Positions 40,458-49,485 of a stretch of 64,000 nt of DNA are shown piece by piece. The position numbers were made by a program, and so were the translations under genes. The stretch spans positions 20,835-84,834 of the IMG/VR virus record IMGVR_UViG_3300010389_000007. One strand, given 5' to 3'. This DNA is from a virus. The notes beneath the pieces were generated by a model. It searched no databases and was not told where the DNA came from. It saw nothing but the letters and a program-made list of their open reading frames with translations. The first letter of the stretch is position 1, and every line of letters starts with the position of its first letter.

Positions 40458-40486
40458 AGTATAAGTCAAACCCCTTTGACTGTCAA
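40458..40486 (-). promoter_or_regulatory. Sigma70 promoter of tRNA-Leu
   Basis: TTGACA-17-TATACT; spacer is itself an inverted repeat GTCAAA-GGGG-TTTGAC. Confidence 0.75.
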
Positions 40487-40653
40487 CCATCATAAGCAAG
40501 TTCACCTCTGAGTTCTGCAACCTTGGCAGTTGCAAAACACTCCACACAAGTCCAGAAAGTTTCACCACTGACCATGTTCTCACCACAGAAATGGGAGGCA
40601 ACATCCTCAAGAATGCCATTGAGTTCTTCCAGTTGGTCACGAGTGATTTGCAT
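40483..40653 (-). CDS. Conserved cyanophage hypothetical protein (56 aa)
   Basis: Manual translation MQITRDQLEELNGILEDVASHFCGENMVSGETFWTCVECFATAKVAELRG. Confidence 0.75.
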   Translation of the reverse strand: MQITRDQLEELNGILEDVASHFCGENMVSGETFWTCVECFATAKVAELRGELAYDG

Positions 40654-40680
40654 GGTGGGTACTGTCTTGCTTACCCATCC

Positions 40681-40737
40681 ATCATAGCACTAGGAGCAGC
40701 ACTCTGCAAGTTTGGTGGACAGTTCAGCAACTGTCTC
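40681..40737 (-). promoter_or_regulatory. Early promoter with palindromic box inside the 3' end of the upstream CDS
   Basis: GAGACAGTTGCTGAACTGTCCAC, TTGCAG-17-TATGAT (TGC extended). Confidence 0.7.
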
Positions 40738-41385
40738 CTTCAAGGTATCAATTTGCTTTTGCTGTTCTTTGATTGCTTCTACCAGAACAGCAGTTAAATG
40801 AGGGTAATCTAAAACTTTATTTCCCTCTGAATTATCTCTGACTAAATCTGGAATGACTTCCTCAACTTCTTGAGCAATCATTCCAATTTCATGCCAACCA
40901 TAGTCATTTCTATCATATTCAACACCCCTCAAAGTCATTACTTTCTCTAAAGAATTCTCAAGAGGTTTAATATTTTCTTTTAGTCTGATGTCAGATGTTA
41001 GTTCTACTGGAACTCCATTTGCAGTAAGACTTCCAACAACATTAAACGTTCCAAAAAATGTTCCTACTGGAGATGCTGCACTCCATGAAGGAGTTCCTTC
41101 AAACTTTTTAATGATAGCATCTGCTTTAACTCCAAGGTCTGCTTTCATTCCAAAGGATGAGCTAGCACCAAACTTTAAATGAGATCCAAATGCATTAGAG
41201 AGTCCAAAGGCATTATGGGTGCCAATTTGATTGGTCAATCCATTGAGGTTGTTGACTCCAGTTGTCTGAAGAGCAAATGGTTTTGTTGGATCAATGCTTT
41301 GCCAAATATCAACAGTTGCTAGTGGTGGAACAAGTGCTGCACCTGCCTGGATACCTTCAGCATCTATACTATTAATGTATGCCAT
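40690..41385 (-). CDS. gp5-associated spike-like protein with S74 intramolecular chaperone
   Basis: SDIRLKENI...GMIAQEVEEVIP...EAIKEQQ. Confidence 0.75.
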   Translation of the reverse strand: MAYINSIDAEGIQAGAALVPPLATVDIWQSIDPTKPFALQTTGVNNLNGLTNQIGTHNAFGLSNAFGSHLKFGASSSFGMKADLGVKADAIIKKFEGTPSWSAASPVGTFFGTFNVVGSLTANGVPVELTSDIRLKENIKPLENSLEKVMTLRGVEYDRNDYGWHEIGMIAQEVEEVIPDLVRDNSEGNKVLDYPHLTAVLVEAIKEQQKQIDTLKETVAELSTKLAECCS

Positions 41386-41963
41386 TATAATCCTCCAAAT
41401 ACTACTGTTTCTATTATTTTATCTACAAAATCTCCAAGATTTGTTGGGATCAAAGCTGCCTTTGGTTCTATAATTGTAACCCCACCAGTTCCTTTCATAT
41501 AAATTGCACCTTTTGATGCAAGTAGGAGTTTATTTCTAGCACCAATAGCAACATTGGCAGCATTAATCTTAACACTATCTGCTGCTTCAATAATAATATT
41601 TTGTCCAGATCTAATGACCATTGGTTCATCAGCTGCAGTGCATTCATATCTAATTTCTCTAGCAGCAAGAGTTAAAACACCATTGCCAGCATCAATCTTA
41701 ATTCCACCACCACCATCTGCAATAACAAATAAACCCTCTTTGGATCTACTTACTATATTATCTCCAGTATCATTTGGTTGACCACTTAACTCAAAACCAC
41801 CATCCTTGTACAGTTTTAAGTGAGCACCAGATGTAGAATGTAATTCTACCTGTCTTGTTCTTTCCTTAGATACAGACTCTCCAATGAAAAGAGTTCCATC
41901 TTTGGGATCACTAATTACAAATCCTGTTACTTCTTTTTCTTCAGGTTTTTTGGGTGTTGCCAT
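41385..41963 (-). CDS. gp5 C-terminal-like (beta-helix) baseplate protein
   Basis: Follows gp5; beta-strand repeats I.I.A..G.LTL.A..I. Confidence 0.55.
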   Translation of the reverse strand: MATPKKPEEKEVTGFVISDPKDGTLFIGESVSKERTRQVELHSTSGAHLKLYKDGGFELSGQPNDTGDNIVSRSKEGLFVIADGGGGIKIDAGNGVLTLAAREIRYECTAADEPMVIRSGQNIIIEAADSVKINAANVAIGARNKLLLASKGAIYMKGTGGVTIIEPKAALIPTNLGDFVDKIIETVVFGGL

Positions 41964-43987
41964 TATCTATCAGCACAAAGAATAACTTTTCTTACTGGTT
42001 GTCTATCCTCTGGGATTTCACCAACCTCTACAAACTTCAGAACAGGAACTAATATTGCACCTGATCCTGTTGTAGTATTTATTGCCAACTCAGGAACAGT
42101 TCTTATGACACCTGCATTTATGATTCTAGTGTCTACTATTCTACCATCAGGATCTACTACTGGATAAATTTCAACTCCACTATCACAATAGATGTTATAA
42201 ATTAAGTCCTCCTCAGTATATCCAATTCCAGTATTGATGATGATAACATCAGAAATATATGCAGTATATTCTTTACCATCATCTCCAACTGGATTAACAA
42301 AGCAGATATCATCTCCCTCAGCATCACTTGTAGGACCAAGATAGTCCATACCATTGCTAACCATGTAGACAGAATCTATTCCACCAGTTGTGGGATTTAA
42401 AATTGCATTGCCTCGTGCACCACCTCCAGTATTACAGGCATCTTCAAATGAAACATATGGTGCTGTTGTATAATCTGCCCCAGGATCCTTAATGTTTACT
42501 CCCATCACCTGACCAAGAACGTCAACAACAACTGCTCCAGTTCCACCACCTCCACCAAATCCACCAAAGAATGTTACCTTTGGTAGACCACAATTTAAAG
42601 TAGTTCCATCACAGTCAAAGTATGCAGCAAATTCATCCTTACTTACTCCTAATGCAGCAAGAACATCATCACTAGGATCTCCTCCACTATTTTGTCCCAA
42701 CCAACTTGAGAATTGTTGTGTTCCATCTGAGAAAAGATTCCTCACCCCTTGTGCTGGTGAATAATTAAGAATCTTTTGGAAGTTTACTGCACCCTTAGGA
42801 ACATATCCTTTATTCATCTCATAATCAAACTGTTTCTTACACTTATTGTCTTCACATGTGAAGAATGAAAGAACAGTTTTTGCATATCCAATTGCTTGTG
42901 AAATATATCCTGAAATTTGACCAACACCCTCACCAATAACTGAGGTTAATTCTTGTAGTGCTGGACCAATAGCATTTGCAATTTCATTTCCAATGGTTTG
43001 CATCATGCTTCCAATGAATGATTCTACTGCACAGAGGGGGACACTCACAACCTTCCCTACCATTTGTCCAATAAAATCAAAAACAAATTTTCCTATTTTC
43101 TTTAAAATGTTCTGGAATAAACACCAGATACCATCTACAGCTTTGTCAACTGCTAATTTCTTGGCAAGAATAGCATCTTTTGGGAGAAGTTTTTCAATAA
43201 CATCCTTAAGACCTCTGTATATCTTTTCTATAATATAATCTCTTGCAATTTTTGTATACTCAGATAGACCATCAGAAATTGCAGTTGTAACTTCCTGTAT
43301 CAAATCTGGAAGATTTTGAACATAATTTAAAGTTGGATTTACATAGATGTTAATGTAATTTTGAACTGTGTTTAGATAGTAAATAAATTTTCTAAGTGCC
43401 TTAGCAATTTTGGATACAGTATCAGTTCCTTCCTTACATTGTGGAACAATTGTTACAACTGGTGCTGATCCTGGTGCACTTGCTGCTTGCTTTTTACTTT
43501 CCTTATTGTCAGCAGTTCTACCTGATGCTAATGGAACTCCAGAATCTGGCGTTTTTCCAATTTTTGGTTGACTAGATGGATTTATTATAGTATCTCCTGG
43601 TTTGAATGGTTTGAATCCATCAGTTCCTTTATCAAATGTATTTGAATGCTCAATAGATGATCCAGAGAACAATGCCCCAATGATGACAGGTTGTTGACCA
43701 TCATCACCATCCATAAAGAATCCAATGACAGTTTCAGATCCTCTAGGGTTGAAACTAATTCCAGCACCACCTTCCCCAGCACCAAAGTTTAGTGGTACTA
43801 AGACATGTGCCCATGGAAGATCCTCATCTTTTACAACTGAAGATGAGGATGGGTGGTGACCTATGATTCTAACCTTTGCCCTATATCCATTCTCAGTATT
43901 CTTATACTTGGTAACGATTCCAGTAAACCATCTAAAGGAATCTTTACCAATAAAGTTTGGATTAATTAGGGATTGTTCTATTAGCAT
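41963..43987 (-). CDS. gp5: Baseplate hub subunit gp5 (OB-fold N-terminus)
   Basis: FRWFTG.V...RAKVRIIGHH...DEDLPWA...VIGFFMDG..GQQPVIIG. Confidence 0.88.
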   Translation of the reverse strand: MLIEQSLINPNFIGKDSFRWFTGIVTKYKNTENGYRAKVRIIGHHPSSSSVVKDEDLPWAHVLVPLNFGAGEGGAGISFNPRGSETVIGFFMDGDDGQQPVIIGALFSGSSIEHSNTFDKGTDGFKPFKPGDTIINPSSQPKIGKTPDSGVPLASGRTADNKESKKQAASAPGSAPVVTIVPQCKEGTDTVSKIAKALRKFIYYLNTVQNYINIYVNPTLNYVQNLPDLIQEVTTAISDGLSEYTKIARDYIIEKIYRGLKDVIEKLLPKDAILAKKLAVDKAVDGIWCLFQNILKKIGKFVFDFIGQMVGKVVSVPLCAVESFIGSMMQTIGNEIANAIGPALQELTSVIGEGVGQISGYISQAIGYAKTVLSFFTCEDNKCKKQFDYEMNKGYVPKGAVNFQKILNYSPAQGVRNLFSDGTQQFSSWLGQNSGGDPSDDVLAALGVSKDEFAAYFDCDGTTLNCGLPKVTFFGGFGGGGGTGAVVVDVLGQVMGVNIKDPGADYTTAPYVSFEDACNTGGGARGNAILNPTTGGIDSVYMVSNGMDYLGPTSDAEGDDICFVNPVGDDGKEYTAYISDVIIINTGIGYTEEDLIYNIYCDSGVEIYPVVDPDGRIVDTRIINAGVIRTVPELAINTTTGSGAILVPVLKFVEVGEIPEDRQPVRKVILCADR

Positions 43988-44199
43988 TAGTCTTCGTATA
44001 CTCTACACTCTAATGCATCTGGATTGGCATCACAGTATAGTTCTAGTGGTGTTGGATCATGACTATCCTCTGGATGATTCTCATGATATGTTTCCAACTG
44101 TCCCAATTCATCCTCAATATGCCTTCTTCTTTGGGAAGAAATCATTGGGTTCTGCAGTTCTTCTTTGTCCCTATTAATGTGATCTTCTATGTTTTTCAT
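43987..44199 (-). CDS. cp12: CP12 Calvin-cycle regulator (auxiliary metabolic gene)
   Basis: DPTPLELYCDANPDALECRVYED CP12 C-terminal signature. Confidence 0.92.
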   Translation of the reverse strand: MKNIEDHINRDKEELQNPMISSQRRRHIEDELGQLETYHENHPEDSHDPTPLELYCDANPDALECRVYED

Positions 44200-45452
44200 T
44201 TTCTTCCTCCATAAGAGTCTCTGATTAATTCTAGTCCAGTAAGTCCTTTATTGCCAAACTCATGTTTTAGTTTACTTATAATATATTTACCAGACTTTCT
44301 ATTATCTTTTTCCTCACTCTCCTTTGATATCTTCCCAAACTTGACCTCAACTACATCTCCTACTGTCAATGCTAAGTTTAAAGGTACTGTAATATTTAAC
44401 GCTTGACTGAACAATAAATTGTATCTTGTCACAGCCTGTGCCTGATACTCCATTCTCTTATCTGCTGCTTGGAGTTTCCCAGACTTATCCATCTGTCCAC
44501 TATCAAGCATACTAACCATCAATCTTGATGGACTATCTTCTAATCCTTCTGGTATTACTGGAGCATTATCACTATTACTAGAGTGATTCATTATCTGATA
44601 ACTATCCTTTAACTTGTATACATTTGAATAGAATTTTCTAGTGTTGGTATCAAAGAAATAGTTTACACTAGCATACATTCCAATTTTTAAATTGTCAATG
44701 ACACTAGAGTTCTTTCTGAAAACTGGTGGAGAAGTTATCTTAAAGTTTGCTTGTGAATCTGCAGGTCCTGAAAGTACTTCTCTGTAACTGTAAGTTGCTT
44801 TTGATTGTCTTCCTTCAGCAAATAAAGAATCTACACTTTTAAAATTATATCCATTTTGATTCTCAAAGAACATATATCCTGCAGTTCCAACCTCATTACC
44901 AGACTTTCCAATAGGTGGAATTCCTTTAGGACATAACCATCCCAATACTGTGAATGGTTTTCTAGCATTACCCATGAATGAGTATTTGTTAGATGTCTTT
45001 TCTATGTTGCTATCTTGATATCTAGTTGTCCCTAATTCTTTCTGTAGAATCTTGGTTACAGAATTATCTATTGTGTTATCATATCTTCTGAATACTCTAG
45101 TAGTTTCATTGGTAAAAAACTCTAGTGGAACTAAATCCAAAACAAATAATTCTCTAGTGGACTCTGTAGTTGAGTTTACAATGTTTCCAATGTAATAAGT
45201 ATTTCTATTCTCATCTGTAAGATTTATCTTTAACTTTGTAGCATCTTGTGATATAACCAGTCTGACTTTTTCTCCACCAGCAATCTTTGCCAAGAATCCA
45301 GAGGTGTTAGTTATGACAAGGGACACCAATGACATTGGTGAGGTTATGTTTTCACTATAAGATATTGAAACAACAGATTCTGTCAGGTCTTGAAACCCAT
45401 CTTTAGTTTCTATAAGAAACTCTTGAATTTTGTAATTGTAATATGATGCCAT
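44196..45452 (-). CDS. Baseplate hub protein (gp27-like)
   Basis: YSENITSP, YMFFENQNGYNFKSVDSL, ITVP.N..L.VGD, SGKYII..LKH, L.RDS. Confidence 0.6.
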   Translation of the reverse strand: MASYYNYKIQEFLIETKDGFQDLTESVVSISYSENITSPMSLVSLVITNTSGFLAKIAGGEKVRLVISQDATKLKINLTDENRNTYYIGNIVNSTTESTRELFVLDLVPLEFFTNETTRVFRRYDNTIDNSVTKILQKELGTTRYQDSNIEKTSNKYSFMGNARKPFTVLGWLCPKGIPPIGKSGNEVGTAGYMFFENQNGYNFKSVDSLFAEGRQSKATYSYREVLSGPADSQANFKITSPPVFRKNSSVIDNLKIGMYASVNYFFDTNTRKFYSNVYKLKDSYQIMNHSSNSDNAPVIPEGLEDSPSRLMVSMLDSGQMDKSGKLQAADKRMEYQAQAVTRYNLLFSQALNITVPLNLALTVGDVVEVKFGKISKESEEKDNRKSGKYIISKLKHEFGNKGLTGLELIRDSYGGRK

Positions 45453-47284
45453 TAACCTAGTACACTATAGTATAACATCTTTAACAATTTCTTATCTGCA
45501 TCATCTTGAATATTTATTGACATTGGTGATGAGGATTGGGATTGTGATGCCTGTGGTAGGGTAACTGGCATTGGAACTTCTATAACTTCTGGTGGCATTT
45601 CTGCCATTGCCATTTGATAAACCTTAGATTTATTTAAAATTGCATTTAGTATATCTGGAGAAACATTTTCTAAAGGATCCCCACCACTTTGTGTGTGTTG
45701 ATTGTCTACTGGCAAGACTGCTTCTTTTCCATGGAGTAAAGCAAAGTATCCACCCTTTGGTCCAGAAAGAATGTTTCCTCCATGAGATCCTTCTGACTCA
45801 TAAAATTCATTTAAAAGTGCTCTTACTCTCTTTGATCCATTGTATTCAGTTGGTCCAATAGGACCAGAACCATTCCACTGATGCCCAGGAACGTCAAAAG
45901 CACGTCCCTCATAGTGAGCAGATCCTGCAGTATGACCAGAACTAACATTCATTTCAGTAACTTCTATATTCTTGCTCTTCAAATATGCTGCTGCTCTTTG
46001 CATAGTATCTCTATCTTTAAAGGCAACATGGTCATGATAATTACCAACTGTTCCATGTGCTGGATCATATGCAGGACTTGATGGATCTCCAGTTAAGTAT
46101 TGTGAAAAGGATGCTTTCTGAGTAAACTCATAACCAGCACCATTAATTGGAGTAGATCCTGCACCTCTAGCCTCAACTCTTGCAGCCTCTAATTTTACAT
46201 CTTCTGGTGACATAAAGAGACCCTTGGTAAATTCTTTAGAGAACTCTTCAAACTTAACCAAAGCTGTACTGTAACTGTCTAAAGTTTTTGTGAATGTTAA
46301 ATTTCCCTTTGCCTCAGCTAATTTTTTCTCTTTCTCTGTTTGAGTTTTTAATCTATTCTTTTCAATTTCCTTATCACTTGCACCAATTAAATCTCTTGTT
46401 AGATTAGTCAGATCTAATGCAAATGATGCTATTGATGCAAGACCAGCTAATGGCAATCCAACACCAGTTGCAGCAGATGCAGCTGCAAATGCATCTAAAG
46501 ATGCTCCTGCTCCTGAGATAGCTGCTCCAGTAACATCACCCTCAGATGCTCTAATTGCAGCATCAGCAGCACCAACAACTGCACCAACTCCAGGAACAAT
46601 TGATGCACCAAACCTACCAAATGCTCTTGCTGCTCTACCCCCTTTAGTTGCAGTGCTTACTACATCACCAGTTTGTCTGGATCTTTTTAGTGCATCTTTT
46701 CCAAATCTATTCTTAAATGCTCTGTCTCCAAATCTCTGTCTATATCTGTTTTGTGCACTAGTGGATACTCTTCTTCCAGTGACATCAAATCCTCTTTGTG
46801 GTTTGGGACCTCTGCCAAAAAATCCTTGAATTGCACCACCAGCAAGACCAAGTAATCCTGGTGCCATTAATGCACCAGCAGCAACCATTCCTGGGGAAAG
46901 TGCTCCTAGCAAATCTCCCTCTAATAATTTTTCTAAAGAATTGAGTCCTGCAAGGGCAGCAATTTGAAACAAAGGATCACCACTCTTAGAGAAGAATGAT
47001 CCTTTAAATTTTGGAACCTTTAATTTTTCTTTTGTTGTCTTTTTAGTTTTCTTTTGATATGCCCTATCCTTCTCTTTCTGTATAGAATCTAATCTATTTT
47101 TGTATCTATTCAAGACAGACAGTTGTGTCTTTCTTTGATAGATACCCTTCTCAAAAGTCTTCCTTAATTTAGTAGAAGTTTTTCTTGCTTCAGTGGATAC
47201 CTTAACTAAGTTGTTGACCTTAGATACCCTAGCAACAATCTTGGGTTGTGGTTTTGGTGCTTCTAGTAGTTTTTGTGCGTCCAT
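45452..47284 (-). CDS. Baseplate hub/tape-measure-like protein with peptidase M15-like motifs
   Basis: HDHVAF and GH..GSAHYEGRAFD; LLHGKEAVLP. Confidence 0.6.
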   Translation of the reverse strand: MDAQKLLEAPKPQPKIVARVSKVNNLVKVSTEARKTSTKLRKTFEKGIYQRKTQLSVLNRYKNRLDSIQKEKDRAYQKKTKKTTKEKLKVPKFKGSFFSKSGDPLFQIAALAGLNSLEKLLEGDLLGALSPGMVAAGALMAPGLLGLAGGAIQGFFGRGPKPQRGFDVTGRRVSTSAQNRYRQRFGDRAFKNRFGKDALKRSRQTGDVVSTATKGGRAARAFGRFGASIVPGVGAVVGAADAAIRASEGDVTGAAISGAGASLDAFAAASAATGVGLPLAGLASIASFALDLTNLTRDLIGASDKEIEKNRLKTQTEKEKKLAEAKGNLTFTKTLDSYSTALVKFEEFSKEFTKGLFMSPEDVKLEAARVEARGAGSTPINGAGYEFTQKASFSQYLTGDPSSPAYDPAHGTVGNYHDHVAFKDRDTMQRAAAYLKSKNIEVTEMNVSSGHTAGSAHYEGRAFDVPGHQWNGSGPIGPTEYNGSKRVRALLNEFYESEGSHGGNILSGPKGGYFALLHGKEAVLPVDNQHTQSGGDPLENVSPDILNAILNKSKVYQMAMAEMPPEVIEVPMPVTLPQASQSQSSSPMSINIQDDADKKLLKMLYYSVLG

Positions 47285-47287
47285 TTA

Positions 47288-49306
47288 TCAACCTACATCT
47301 ACAATGTTCCATTGAGTTCTGTACAGTTGCCCAATTATATCATTTGAATTATTTGGATCCACAAAATCATCATTACTTCCACCATCAAGGTTCACAGAAC
47401 CAGGACTACCAGAACTTGTTGGAGTTGGAATCATGCTAACAAGAACTCCTCTTGATGGTGGTGCAGTAGAACTAACATCTACTCTCTTTTGCTTTGATGT
47501 ATATCCACCTCTCTCATTGCCACCTTGAATACTTTCAAATGCTTTTCTGCTTGCCTTTAAATCTTCCTCTGTTACTTTTGTGTTTGTTGTCCAAGCACCC
47601 CAACCTGAACTTCTAAGTATTGCCAATGCAGCTTGAGCATTTGTAACTGGATCAAACAAATCTTCATTGCTTGATAGATTGAATCTTTTTCTTCTTTCAG
47701 CACCAAGCATATATCCTGGTTCATCAAGCATGTTGATTTGCCATAACCCATAAGAGTTATCTGGATATCTTGGATTATGTTTCTTAGATCCTCCTCCAGA
47801 TTCATATTTTGCTATTGCTGCCAATCTTATTGCTTCTTCATCTGTAGCACCAACCTTCTTGAGTAATTCTATTCTTCCTTTCATATCAAAATATTCTCCC
47901 TCAACAGTTCCCCTGGTCTCCATGTTCATTTCTACTGGGTCACCACTAATCGGACCTCCAGTGGTTTGATCTGTAGTGCTACCAGTTCCTCCCCCACCAC
48001 CAGAAGAAGATCTTTTACCCATCATATGATCTATCATCTTTTCAAACTTTTGATTTAAATTTTGGAATCTCTTTAAATCATCTTGGGTAATTGCAGCATA
48101 TCCACCAGCAGCAAGTGCTTTCTCTTGTGCTTCTAGCTCATCTAACCTATCCTGACTATCACCTCCAGTTTCTTGGGATCCCATAAAGGCACTTCCCAAA
48201 GATAATGCACCTGCACCAAGAGTCATTAGTGCACCAAACTTACCAATTCCACCCATCCTAGGAGTTCTTCCCCTTGGTCCTCTCATGGGCATCCCACCTC
48301 TTCTACCAAAGGCAGCTCTACCAAACCCTTTAAGAAGTGATTTCAGAATTGTGCCAGCAATCATCATTCCAATTTGTGGAACAAAGGTAATACCAATTCC
48401 CATCAAAGATCCAATGACCTTTGTTAGATCTCCATTGATGATGCCATCCAGTAAATTAAATGCAGCAAGCCCTCTTATTGCACCTCCAACTCCAGAGAAA
48501 AATCCACCAACAAATGGTTTAATTATTTCTTTAAGACTTCTCTTATCATCACCAAGATTTTTCTTTGGAAGTCTTCTTTCTCTATTGGCAATCCTCTTTC
48601 TATAATCTTCAATCTCTTTCTTATTCTTTGCTTTTGTCTGAGCATAATCCTCTTGGATTACCTCAGTAATTTTATCTAAATTATTGTTGACAACTTCCAA
48701 GTCTAAAGTAAGTCTTCCTAAAGAAGATATTACTTTCTTACTTGGAGATGCTACAGTCTCACCCTCTTGCTCCTGTGTTATTGGAGCAGATATTTTATCT
48801 GCTACTTCTTTTGGAATAGGTCTCTTGGGAATAATCCCAGTCATCCTATTGACCTTTACTGATATCTTCTTTCCAGGTCTAAGAGTAGAAGGTGGAGATA
48901 TAAATGACTGTGCTTTTTCTCTTTGTGCTTTTCTCTGTTCTGTTATTTCTCTTACTCTAGATTCTATAGCAGCTTGTTCTATTTTCCTATTTGTCTCTTC
49001 CCTGAATGGACCTTCTAGGTATTCTTCTACCAACCATTCTTGATATGCTTGTAGATTAGAGTAACCTCCATCCTTTCCACGCTGATCCACCTGAGGATAT
49101 CCTCTAGGATCTTTCTTCATGTTTGCAATTAATCTATCAGCATCTGCTGATGTTATGCGAACAAAAGATGAATACTGTATGCCAGCACTATCTGTACCAC
49201 CAGTTAATTTAGCCTTGAGTCTGCTCCAAAGAGCGTCAGAAACCTTACCTTTATACCAAGGTTGTTGTGAGTCTAGTGTTCCCTTTGGTGGTTCAGTACG
49301 ATTCAT
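47288..49306 (-). CDS. Baseplate hub/tape-measure-like protein with lytic transglycosylase domain
   Basis: AIAKYESGG...SYGLWQIN...LFDPVTNAQAA...GWGAW. Confidence 0.7.
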   Translation of the reverse strand: MNRTEPPKGTLDSQQPWYKGKVSDALWSRLKAKLTGGTDSAGIQYSSFVRITSADADRLIANMKKDPRGYPQVDQRGKDGGYSNLQAYQEWLVEEYLEGPFREETNRKIEQAAIESRVREITEQRKAQREKAQSFISPPSTLRPGKKISVKVNRMTGIIPKRPIPKEVADKISAPITQEQEGETVASPSKKVISSLGRLTLDLEVVNNNLDKITEVIQEDYAQTKAKNKKEIEDYRKRIANRERRLPKKNLGDDKRSLKEIIKPFVGGFFSGVGGAIRGLAAFNLLDGIINGDLTKVIGSLMGIGITFVPQIGMMIAGTILKSLLKGFGRAAFGRRGGMPMRGPRGRTPRMGGIGKFGALMTLGAGALSLGSAFMGSQETGGDSQDRLDELEAQEKALAAGGYAAITQDDLKRFQNLNQKFEKMIDHMMGKRSSSGGGGGTGSTTDQTTGGPISGDPVEMNMETRGTVEGEYFDMKGRIELLKKVGATDEEAIRLAAIAKYESGGGSKKHNPRYPDNSYGLWQINMLDEPGYMLGAERRKRFNLSSNEDLFDPVTNAQAALAILRSSGWGAWTTNTKVTEEDLKASRKAFESIQGGNERGGYTSKQKRVDVSSTAPPSRGVLVSMIPTPTSSGSPGSVNLDGGSNDDFVDPNNSNDIIGQLYRTQWNIVDVG

Positions 49307-49485
49307 CTATTTGCCTTGGCTGCTTTTTCTTCCTCTTCTTTAATATAGTTTTCTAATAAAGTGAGATAGATTTCTCTTTCCCAAGGAATCATATTTTCAA
49401 TCTCTGTCAATGAATATTTATGGTGCTGCATCAAGGCAAAGTTTATTCTGTAGTATGCCTCAAGGTCTTCATGACCAAGGACTAA
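49303..49485 (-). CDS. gp51: Baseplate hub assembly chaperone gp51 (no proper start codon; probably reached by -1 frameshift from gp26)
   Basis: Manual translation LVLGHEDLEAYYRINFALMQHHKYSLTEIENMIPWEREIYLTLLENYIKEE. Confidence 0.85.
   Translation of the reverse strand, partial: LVLGHEDLEAYYRINFALMQHHKYSLTEIENMIPWEREIYLTLLENYIKEEEEKAAKANR

Noticed and set aside
40446-40640. 64-aa ORF from the track
   Set aside because: Another frame (40483-40653) has an ATG just after the promoter and a recognisable phage protein sequence.
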